DNA of 64,000 nucleotides from Candidatus Hydrogenedens sp. (GTDB lineage Bacteria; Hydrogenedentota; Hydrogenedentia; Hydrogenedentales; Hydrogenedentaceae): NCBI GenBank assembly GCA_049968235.1, contig JBMFRC010000003.1, positions 160,001 to 224,000 of the forward strand, read 5' to 3'. Shown piece by piece: positions 19,671 to 28,200 of this stretch (position 1 is its first letter; each line of letters starts with the position of its first letter). The notes under the pieces were generated by a model. It saw only the letters and a program-made list of their open reading frames with translations, ran no database searches and was not told where the DNA came from. The position numbers and the translations under genes were made by a program.

Positions 19671-21419
19671 ATGGAAAAAGTTCAAAAAAAGTTTTTTATC
19701 TGTTTAATCCTGATAGCCTTTGCCACTCTTTTTCCATCCATTGCTGTATCTGATAAGGCACAATCTCCATCCGATGAAGAAACAAAGGAATATTACCAGA
19801 CCCTTTTGCAGACAATAAATCTCATTAATTTTTCCCTTCACCATATCTTTTATGCTTACAACAATGATATGGTAAACGCAGGATATTTTTATATTCTCGA
19901 TAATATTGACTTAGATAAAGTTTCCTTCCCCGAGGAGATAAAAGATACTTATCAGGAAATCATCAACTTTTTTCCCAATTCAGGAGGAGCAAAAGAAAAA
20001 CAAGCAGGAATGGAATTTTTAGAAAAGTGGAAGTATCGAGAACTGGATAATCAAATCACAGAGGTAGTAGGCAATCTTGAAAATGGTAATATGGAGATCC
20101 CTTTTTCCCTGATGGAGTATAGTAAAATCCTCTATCTTCGCCTCTTGTTGGATAATCGGTTAAATCCATTGCGTAATGAACAAAATGAAGAGATTAGAGA
20201 CAGAATTTTAGATTTTATAAAAAAATGGTTGGGAGTAATACGACCATATTTTGATAATCAAATTTTACCCAAACTACCCGATGCATATTTATTAGAAAAT
20301 AGGGATATTGCTTTATTTTTAAGAAATTTCTATATACAAAATAATGAGGTACGTCTGCAATCGTTAAATGAATTACAAAATCAAGATAAGAGACTCCTTC
20401 AAATACCATGTTATTTGTTGTTATATACATTTTCAGCCAGGAGAGCAGGTGATAGAGAACAAACAGAATTATATATAAATAAATTTTTAGAATGTTATCG
20501 GAGCATATTAAAAAAAGAAATTTTTCTTGAAATATTTTATATTGGCAAGTTAGAAAACCTCCTTCAAAAAGACCCGGAATTAAAAGATGAAAACATCAAG
20601 CAACAAATACTGACTACTGCGGAAACTGCCTGTAAGTATGTTAATGATAAGAATGTAATCTATAAAATCTTTCTTTCTGCAATATTCCATAGACTGGGTA
20701 AGATAGATAAAACTCAAGAATTACTATCGGGGATAAATCCGGAGTTTATTGATAAAGAAAGTAAATGCGAGTATAACTTTTACAGGCTCGCCATGTACGA
20801 TTTAGAACATGGTCATGATATTTTAGGCCATATGATACTATTATCAAAAGTTCTTAAAAGGGATTTCGTCACAATTGAGCAATTAGAAGAGATAAAAGAT
20901 AGTAAAATCCCGGAAGTCTTAGATTTGTTAGGTCGTAACTATGTATATACAATAGAAAATAAAGACCCGGAAAAAGGATTAGCCTATATCGAAGAAGCCC
21001 ATAAATTGGGCTTTATAGATGCAACCTATCGTCTTGCGCATCTATACATGTATGGGGATAAATACGGAATAAAAAAAGACGAGAAAAAAGGATTTGCATA
21101 CTTTCAAATTTTAGCAGAGAAGGGAGAGAAAGAAGCCTTTTGTGAACTGGGTAAATTTTATTATGAGGGGAAAGTTGTCCCACAGGATTTCAACAAAGCA
21201 AGAGAATGCTTCGAAAAAGCCGGGAGAAATGGCGAATACTGGTTAGGAATCATGTATAGCAAAGGAGAGGGAGTCCCACAAGATTATCAAAAGGCACATA
21301 TGTATTTCTTAAATGTAGTTAGAAAAAATTATCTAGGTTATGAGACATATAATCCTTATAAAGATAAAGCATATATTGCTCTCGGGGATTTAATTTCACA
21401 GGTAAAATTGATGTTGTAA
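19671..21419 (+). CDS. Secreted Sel1-repeat (TPR-like) protein, N-terminal/main part; the reading frame appears interrupted near 21395
   Basis: Signal peptide 'MEKVQKKFFICLILIAFATLFPSIA'. C-terminal Sel1 repeats ('YRLAHLYMYGDKYGIKKDEKKGFAYFQILAEKGE', 'GEYWLGIMYSKGEGVPQDYQKAHMYF'). Confidence 0.7.
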   Translation: MEKVQKKFFICLILIAFATLFPSIAVSDKAQSPSDEETKEYYQTLLQTINLINFSLHHIFYAYNNDMVNAGYFYILDNIDLDKVSFPEEIKDTYQEIINFFPNSGGAKEKQAGMEFLEKWKYRELDNQITEVVGNLENGNMEIPFSLMEYSKILYLRLLLDNRLNPLRNEQNEEIRDRILDFIKKWLGVIRPYFDNQILPKLPDAYLLENRDIALFLRNFYIQNNEVRLQSLNELQNQDKRLLQIPCYLLLYTFSARRAGDREQTELYINKFLECYRSILKKEIFLEIFYIGKLENLLQKDPELKDENIKQQILTTAETACKYVNDKNVIYKIFLSAIFHRLGKIDKTQELLSGINPEFIDKESKCEYNFYRLAMYDLEHGHDILGHMILLSKVLKRDFVTIEQLEEIKDSKIPEVLDLLGRNYVYTIENKDPEKGLAYIEEAHKLGFIDATYRLAHLYMYGDKYGIKKDEKKGFAYFQILAEKGEKEAFCELGKFYYEGKVVPQDFNKARECFEKAGRNGEYWLGIMYSKGEGVPQDYQKAHMYFLNVVRKNYLGYETYNPYKDKAYIALGDLISQVKLML

Positions 21420-21859
21420 ATTATTTGAAAGCAATGGAATATTATCAGCAAGCCGGAGGTGACCCTGAAGCACAGGTCAAAATAGGATACATTTACGAAA
21501 ATGGTTATGAAATACAGAAAAGTTATTTCAAAGCCAAAGAATGTTATGAAAATGCCGGAAAACGCGGGAATCTAAATGCCCTGCTTCGTTTAGGTGACTT
21601 TTATCTTTATGGATTAGGAGGAAAAAAGGATTATGTATTATCTTATGCCTATTATACTCTAGTGATACGATTAATAAAAGAAGGCAGTGAACATCCACGC
21701 GCCAAAGAGTTAGCCCAACAAGCAGAAGATGCACGCAAAAGATTACTTCCCCGTATCTGGAATTTCTGGACAGGACTAAAGCATGAGGAAATCAAAGAAG
21801 CAGAAGAACTCGCCAATTCATGGGAAAAAGGCTACCTCCTTACAAGAAAGAGAAATTAG
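21362..21859 (+). CDS. Sel1-repeat protein, C-terminal continuation in the -1 frame (probably one gene with 19671..21419)
   Basis: The frame is open from 21362. 'GKIDVVNYLKAMEYYQQAGG' is the second half of a Sel1 repeat whose first half ('AYIALGDLISQ') sits in the upstream ORF's frame. Confidence 0.55.
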
Positions 21860-21991
21860 TATAACATTCAACAAGATTCTGAAAATAGATAATCCGTCAT
21901 AAAAGTAAGTTGTTATTAAAACTAGAAATTCCCAGAAAACATTAACGAACCAATAGACAATTATCTTATCCAGACCAATTCGTTTTTCAAA

Positions 21992-23350
21992 TTACCTTAT
22001 CTTCTCCCAATTATTTACTACAGCGTTCAGAATGAGTTCTTCGATGTCTTCTTTCCATTTGGCAGGCATTTTGTATTCCAATTGGGAAGTATCACCTTCA
22101 TAGCCTCCTTCACGAATCACCCGAGCAGAAGGGATATAACTCATCAGGTCATTAGAATAACCCAATACCATTGCATTGGGTTGTAACCGCTGTTTTATAG
22201 CAATTGCATAATCAACAACAACCTCACCCCCCAATGCAATTAAAGGAAAACCACCAATATTCCATACCTGTATCGGATACGGATACGAAGTTCTTAAAGG
22301 AATTCCGTGTTCCAGACCTTTTAATAAATAACGAGCCGAACTACGGATATACTCTGCCTGTTTTGTATCATCGGCTATTCGTTGAAGGTCTTCCTTTGTT
22401 AAAGGTGTTTCCAACGGTAGAGTAACTGTTTCGTAACTTGTTTTAAGAGAAGAGGGTAGCTCTTGAAGATTATCTTCTATAGCACGAGTGACCGCTACCG
22501 AAAGTTCTTTCCCATACTGTTGGGCTAATGCAACTGTTCTACGTGGTAAAGGATTTATATCCGCACCGCAACCCGCCACAAAAAGTGCTTTTGCTGTCGG
22601 ATATGTTTGTTCCAAATCTATCTGTGCAAACCCTGGATAATCTCCACACCATTGATAGCCAGATAAAACGGTTGAATGGCATGCATAACCAAATACAATA
22701 GAGCGTATACTATCATCACCAGCATTTTTAACCACAAGTATAGGTACAGAATGGTCGACAGGACCTTTATAATCATAAGTGGATTCAATTTCTACCTCTT
22801 TGTTATTCCGCCGATTAACAGCAAAACGAACAACCCCTCTCCCCATAAATAATTTTGCAGGTTCTAAATGCTCCATTGCATTCATAATAGTATCCACGAC
22901 CTTTCTTTCAAGTTCTTCCGTGTATTGTTGAATTTTATTCAGATGTTCCGTATCCTCAGCAATCTTATACATGGCTATCAGAGAATCGCCAACAACAGGA
23001 CCGGAATGCGTATGCGAACTGTTTAAAAGTATATCTCCCGTTTCTAATCCTGTTTTTTCTTTTACATGTTGTTTTATCCTTTGCGACATTTCTGCCGTGA
23101 AACCAAGTATATCACTGCTAACAATTACCGCTGCTTTCCCATTCATATCCTTCAAAACCAGAGCCTTTACCCACAAAGGATGTATCATCCCTTCCGCAGG
23201 ATGGTCCCGTCCTGCATAACCTGCCAGCCATAGACCTGTGGGCGGTGTTATATCACATACCGCTACACCCGCTTTCCATACATCATCTGCAGAACCTATA
23301 GATAAGAAACAAAATAAAAATACAAGAAATAAACAAAAAACTTTTCTCAT
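21992..23350 (-). CDS. Neutral/alkaline ceramidase-like secreted hydrolase
   Basis: Signal peptide. Motifs 'LAGYAGRDHPAEG' and 'NSSHTHSGPVVGD' resemble the N-terminal catalytic region of bacterial neutral ceramidases. Confidence 0.6.
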   Translation of the reverse strand: MRKVFCLFLVFLFCFLSIGSADDVWKAGVAVCDITPPTGLWLAGYAGRDHPAEGMIHPLWVKALVLKDMNGKAAVIVSSDILGFTAEMSQRIKQHVKEKTGLETGDILLNSSHTHSGPVVGDSLIAMYKIAEDTEHLNKIQQYTEELERKVVDTIMNAMEHLEPAKLFMGRGVVRFAVNRRNNKEVEIESTYDYKGPVDHSVPILVVKNAGDDSIRSIVFGYACHSTVLSGYQWCGDYPGFAQIDLEQTYPTAKALFVAGCGADINPLPRRTVALAQQYGKELSVAVTRAIEDNLQELPSSLKTSYETVTLPLETPLTKEDLQRIADDTKQAEYIRSSARYLLKGLEHGIPLRTSYPYPIQVWNIGGFPLIALGGEVVVDYAIAIKQRLQPNAMVLGYSNDLMSYIPSARVIREGGYEGDTSQLEYKMPAKWKEDIEELILNAVVNNWEKIR

Positions 23351-23535
23351 AATAAAATCCTTCTAAAGAATTTAAAATCTCTAAACAATTATGTGGATTA
23401 TATAAAATAATAAACAAAAATGGCTTATTAGGTAAAGAGTGAAAAACATCCGTAATAAAAAGGTTTTGTTTTAATTATTAGTGATAGCATAAAATGATAT
23501 AATATCAGGATGAACAAAAATACAGGAGATGGATT

Positions 23536-24858
23536 ATGAGTAAGAACAAAAAGGAAGAAAAAAGTTTTTCTACTCGTAGGGAATTCTTAAAATCTGCAGG
23601 CGTTATGACTGCAATGGCTGGTAGCACAACAGTAAAAAAAGCATGGGGAGACAATGAAACATTGGCATTGTTTGGCGGTAAACCAGCAGTAACAGTTTCA
23701 CAGGACGATTCTGCTCGCTGGCCTCGTTATGGCAGGGCGGAGGAGGATGCGGTATTAGAATTGGTACGGAATCCGTCTTACAATCCGATTGATAAATTAG
23801 AGGAGGATTGGAAAAACTATATGCAGGTCCCGTATGTAAAAGCACATTTTAATGGAACAAGTGCTTTAATGGCAATGTTCTTTGCTCTCAATTTACCACC
23901 TGGCAGTGAGATTATGGTTCCTTCATATACATTCTTTGCAACTATCCTACCGATGCGTTTGTTTGGACTGGTCCCCGTCTTTGTTGACATCAATCCGCAA
24001 ACACTCAATTTCGACCTGAATGATGCAAAAAAACGGTTAACAGCAAATACGAAAGCAGTTCTACCGGTTCACTGGATAGGATTACCGGCAGATATGGACG
24101 AAATCAATGACTGGGCAAAGGAGAAAGGTCTTATCGTTCTTGAAGACTGTGCCCATGCACACGGCGCAAGATTAAAGGGAAAACTTATGGGAACATGGAG
24201 TAGGATGGCAATTTTCAGTTATCAAATGAGCAAACCGTTGCCGGCTATTGAAGGGGGTATGGGCATATATCAAAATGCAGATGATTGGGGAAGAGCGGTT
24301 GCCTTCGGCGATTATAAAGTAACAAATCTACCGAAAGATAATCCCTACGCAAAATATGCAGGTTCCGGTTTGGGTGTAAAGTTGAGAATGCATCCGATGG
24401 CTGCAGCACTTGCTCGGTGTCAATTGGTCCGCTTGGAGGAAAGAAATGAGGCAGGTGTCCGACAAATACGAAAACTGAATGACCAACTCTTGGAACTCGA
24501 AGGAATTTCAGAACAAACCAGTGGACGAAAAGATATAAAAAGACTTCATTATCAATGGAACATGTTATTTGTTGATGAGAAAAAAACAGGCGTTCCACGA
24601 AATCGACTTGTAGAGGCTTTAAGAGCGGAAGGTGTTCATGCAGAAGGAATACATTATACATTACAGCATGAATTGCCCGTATATGCAGAGGATGAATGGT
24701 GGCATCACAAGCCCGTTATCCCTGAACTACCGGGCTCAAAGCAGGCAAATGATACCAACATTGCACTACCTTACTTTACAAAGGAAGTTCCAGAACTGGT
24801 TGAGCAATATGTAAAGGCTTTCCAGAAAGTATGGGCACATCGCAAAGAACTGGTGTAA
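23536..24858 (+). CDS. DegT/DnrJ/EryC1/StrS-family PLP-dependent aminotransferase with Tat signal
   Basis: Tat motif 'TRREFLKSAG'. PLP-lysine region 'SYQMSKPLPAIEGG'. Sugar-aminotransferase fold. Confidence 0.7.
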   Translation: MSKNKKEEKSFSTRREFLKSAGVMTAMAGSTTVKKAWGDNETLALFGGKPAVTVSQDDSARWPRYGRAEEDAVLELVRNPSYNPIDKLEEDWKNYMQVPYVKAHFNGTSALMAMFFALNLPPGSEIMVPSYTFFATILPMRLFGLVPVFVDINPQTLNFDLNDAKKRLTANTKAVLPVHWIGLPADMDEINDWAKEKGLIVLEDCAHAHGARLKGKLMGTWSRMAIFSYQMSKPLPAIEGGMGIYQNADDWGRAVAFGDYKVTNLPKDNPYAKYAGSGLGVKLRMHPMAAALARCQLVRLEERNEAGVRQIRKLNDQLLELEGISEQTSGRKDIKRLHYQWNMLFVDEKKTGVPRNRLVEALRAEGVHAEGIHYTLQHELPVYAEDEWWHHKPVIPELPGSKQANDTNIALPYFTKEVPELVEQYVKAFQKVWAHRKELV

Positions 24859-24870
24859 TATAAAAAGAGC

Positions 24871-24908
24871 AAAATGGGGTGTATAACAAATAGACACCCC
24901 ATTTTTTT
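24871..24908. terminator. Bidirectional rho-independent terminator between convergent genes
   Basis: Hairpin AAAATGGGGTGT-N11-ACACCCCATTTT followed by TTTTT. Confidence 0.6.
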
Positions 24909-24928
24909 ATGTATAGTAAAATAAGAAT

Positions 24929-26326
24929 CTACTTTATGATATTCAAAATATAACTTTTCCCATAATAGTTAAAAAGGGATAAAGACGCATTTGCCATATC
25001 CACAAGCTCGCGAACATCTTCAAAGTTATGTTCCGCTAATGTAAGATTCAAGATATTGCTCCGCTCTTCCAGGTCATTTAATTCTACAGATGGGTCATTT
25101 ACAAAGCGGTCTGGTAATATTTTGCTAATAAGTTTATCTAACTGTCGAGACCAATTGTGTGACCGTAAAGCAAGACACTTCCGGGGCAAATCATCACGAT
25201 ACTCCGGTATTTTTCCTTCAATGAGTGGGCAATTAAAGGTGAATCCAAAAGCAGATTTATTATCACTATTATTACTATTATTATATATTTCAAGTAATAG
25301 GAAAGGGTCTTCTCCATCTCGAACAGCATTTAGATACACTGTTCCCATAAGTGTTTCAATTGCTAAATGACGATTTGAGGACAATTGAACAGCATTATTT
25401 TTAGGGCTTGACCAGCCTAAAATATCCAGCACATATATCCAGAGCATTCTTAACGCTGAATAGCCTGGCAATGCGGTAGTGTGATAAGGCATAGATAAAT
25501 CCCCTAAATAATGCAATCCCCAGCCCATAAATCGCCAGCCCCAATAATCATGTCCTGTTTCAAATGCGAGTTTTGATAACTCTTTATATAAGTATATCCG
25601 ATATTCCACATAAGATTGTTTCAAAAAAGGAGCGAATAAGGTAATTATCGGATTTTCATGGAAAAATCCCATGTGGAATGGTGCTTGAGAACCGAAATCA
25701 AGGTTTGGATTTCCAAATGGCTGATTCCCAAACCCAGAAATGGCTCCAAATTCCGTTTGATTATCCGAGAACAAGCCCGTATCCATTCCATAATCAGGTT
25801 CATTAGAAGCAGATGAAAGAATGTCTATTGGAGAAACGGATTCTCCTTCATTAACTTTTATAAAGCAAAAAACTCCAAATTCTTTTGTATTATTTAAAAT
25901 ACATACATCTTTTACATCTAATAAAGTTTTCCCTTCGGGAGGATAATTCGCAAAACCTAAAATATAAAGGGGCGTTTTTGTATTAGGATTAATACGGATT
26001 GCTTTGAAAAATTTCGTTTTGATTTCTGTTATATCTGCAGTTGGAGAGAAAAGTAAGTCCGGAGGACAGGATGCATACATTGTTATATTCTTTTTTGCCC
26101 AGGTTTCAACATTTGCAAGTACCTGGGCAATATTTTGTCCTTCTGCGGTGAGAAATTCCTCTAAAGTTTCTGCGGGAACAGAATTTGCGTTATTTACTTC
26201 GGGCAATGTTTCAGCCACGAGTTTTGTAAATAATGGATGATGTTGCCATGGGTAAACGGATGTGGAAATTGAAATTAAAAGGAACAGGAAGATGGATACA
26301 CGCTTCAAAAAGGGTTTAGAAATCAT
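24929..26326 (-). CDS. Secreted zinc-dependent phospholipase C / S1-P1 nuclease superfamily protein
   Basis: Signal peptide. 'WGLHYLGDLSMPYHTT' matches the H-Y-x-G-D-x-x-x-P-x-H zinc motif of zinc PLCs (C. perfringens alpha-toxin 'HYFGDIDTPYH') and P1 nuclease. Confidence 0.5.
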   Translation of the reverse strand: MISKPFLKRVSIFLFLLISISTSVYPWQHHPLFTKLVAETLPEVNNANSVPAETLEEFLTAEGQNIAQVLANVETWAKKNITMYASCPPDLLFSPTADITEIKTKFFKAIRINPNTKTPLYILGFANYPPEGKTLLDVKDVCILNNTKEFGVFCFIKVNEGESVSPIDILSSASNEPDYGMDTGLFSDNQTEFGAISGFGNQPFGNPNLDFGSQAPFHMGFFHENPIITLFAPFLKQSYVEYRIYLYKELSKLAFETGHDYWGWRFMGWGLHYLGDLSMPYHTTALPGYSALRMLWIYVLDILGWSSPKNNAVQLSSNRHLAIETLMGTVYLNAVRDGEDPFLLLEIYNNSNNSDNKSAFGFTFNCPLIEGKIPEYRDDLPRKCLALRSHNWSRQLDKLISKILPDRFVNDPSVELNDLEERSNILNLTLAEHNFEDVRELVDMANASLSLFNYYGKSYILNIIK

Positions 26327-26371
26327 AACAATTCTCCTTATATTTGTTTATTTTTTTCTTATTATTATACC

Positions 26372-26471
26372 ATGTTTCACATGAAACATTTCATTAATTT
26401 ATTAATATTTAAAGACATATAAGAATTTCTTAAAAGCAATGCTTAAAGATTGATTGTTTCACATGAAACAT
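26372..26471. promoter_or_regulatory. Two copies of an 18-bp palindrome ATGTTTCA-CA-TGAAACAT (26372-26389 and 26454-26471, 82 bp apart) in the promoter region of the PLC-like gene
   Basis: Perfect 8-bp inverted arms with a 2-bp spacer. The two copies match at 17 of 18 positions. They lie 46-145 bp upstream of the minus-strand start at 26326. Confidence 0.4.
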
Positions 26472-26505
26472 AATCTTAACCTGTTTTATAACAATAAGTT
26501 ATCGA

Positions 26506-28200
26506 TTAACCTTTCATCCCGGTTAAAGTAATACCCTGTATAAATTGCCGTTGGGCAAAGAAAAACAGTGCAATTACGGGTAAAGTCATCAACACAGCCG
26601 CAGACATCATAAGTTCAAATCGTGCCAGCCAAATCATCAATGCATGTAAGGCAAATAAACCTAAACTTAATGGATATTTTTCCTGGTCCGTTAGGAAAAT
26701 CAAAGGACCCATAAAGTCATTCCATACCCAGAGAAAAGTAAAAATTGCTACAGTGGCTAAAGCAGGTTTAATAAGGGGAAGTATAATATGCCGATATATA
26801 CGCAAGTATCCACAACCATCAATCAAAGCACTGTCTTCAAGGTCTTTTGGTATACTTAACATAAATTGGCGTAATAGAAAAATGAAAAAAGCATTCCCAA
26901 AAAAAGAACCTGCCCATAAGGGAACAAGAGTATTATACAATCCAAAGGTTTTCCAAATAAGAAACTGCGGAACCAGTGTTACCTGTGCAGGTATCATTAA
27001 TGTTGCTAAAATCAAAATGAAATAATAATCTCGTCCAGGCCAGCGAAGTCGAGCAAAAGCATACGCAACAAAAGAGGCTGAAAAAATCTGTCCTATAATG
27101 TTCATTAACACCAAAAATAAACTATTGTATGTATATCTAATAATAGGAACTTCCCTTAATACTTCACGATAGTTTCCCCATATCTTCCGTGCAAGGACAA
27201 CAGGATATGATGTTTTCCGTATTTCCAGTTGGAGACGCAATTTGCCCCGGGGTGTTTCCGGACTGTCCCCTATTTCCTTAATTGTGTACCAACTTTTCAT
27301 CATGATGCTCTTATCTTCATAGCTATATACCTGCCAGAGACAGTCCTGCCATTGATTGTATTGAAGATAGATAGGCTCCACAGACTTGAAACGTTTTCCC
27401 CCTACATCAATAACTGCGTGGATGCTATACCAGGACTTATCCCCGTGAAGGCTCAATCGTAACCGCTTAAATTCCCCCGCAGAGACATTACAATCAGCAA
27501 GAGTTTCAACTATGAAATGATTCCCTTTTGAAAAATCATAATGGATTTCAATCCCTTTTCGATTGAAATACTCCAATCGCGGAACAAACTTAGCACAATC
27601 GCTATGTAATTGCCACTTTAATGTCTCCGCATCGCCTATCTTTATCGTTTCTGCATCCCATGTTTTCACAATAAGTTCCCCTAGGGCAATACGCCGATAT
27701 ATGGCATCAAAAGCATCGATTACAGTTTCGGCATTTATCTCAGAACTTATCCATGAAGAAAAAACATCAGGACTGGAAGTCCATAATTCTTTTGGCATGC
27801 GCCGGAAAAAACTACCTAAGATGAAATCTGTAAGATAAGGCTCTTCTACATAAGGTCGAATAAAATCCGGCAATGTATCTCTGTTTGCTGATAGTTTCTC
27901 ATGTACTGTTTTCCGCCCTTGCTCTAAATATATTTTCCATGTATCATTATCCACATCTACCGGCTGAACAGGGAGTTCATTGGCATTTGCACCAAAATAA
28001 GGAGATGTAATAACATTGTCAGGCATAGGCGGAAACCAACTGGGAGGATATAACTCATCCGGCGATTTAAAACTTGTTCCAATAAGCCAAACAAAAGGAG
28101 CGGAAAACATTAAAGCACCTGCAAGTAGAATCGCATGGTATGTCCCAAAACGAATCGCATGCCCGATTTTTTTTAGGATGTTAATATTGTTCTCGCTCAT
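26506..28200 (-). CDS. ABC transporter permease (MalG/CUT1-type) with a ~300-aa periplasmic insertion between TM1 and TM2
   Basis: EAA motif 'EDSALIDGCGYLRIYRHIILPLIKPA'. 564 aa against ~280 aa for typical members. A long hydrophilic segment follows the first TM helix. Confidence 0.8.
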   Translation of the reverse strand: MSENNINILKKIGHAIRFGTYHAILLAGALMFSAPFVWLIGTSFKSPDELYPPSWFPPMPDNVITSPYFGANANELPVQPVDVDNDTWKIYLEQGRKTVHEKLSANRDTLPDFIRPYVEEPYLTDFILGSFFRRMPKELWTSSPDVFSSWISSEINAETVIDAFDAIYRRIALGELIVKTWDAETIKIGDAETLKWQLHSDCAKFVPRLEYFNRKGIEIHYDFSKGNHFIVETLADCNVSAGEFKRLRLSLHGDKSWYSIHAVIDVGGKRFKSVEPIYLQYNQWQDCLWQVYSYEDKSIMMKSWYTIKEIGDSPETPRGKLRLQLEIRKTSYPVVLARKIWGNYREVLREVPIIRYTYNSLFLVLMNIIGQIFSASFVAYAFARLRWPGRDYYFILILATLMIPAQVTLVPQFLIWKTFGLYNTLVPLWAGSFFGNAFFIFLLRQFMLSIPKDLEDSALIDGCGYLRIYRHIILPLIKPALATVAIFTFLWVWNDFMGPLIFLTDQEKYPLSLGLFALHALMIWLARFELMMSAAVLMTLPVIALFFFAQRQFIQGITLTGMKG

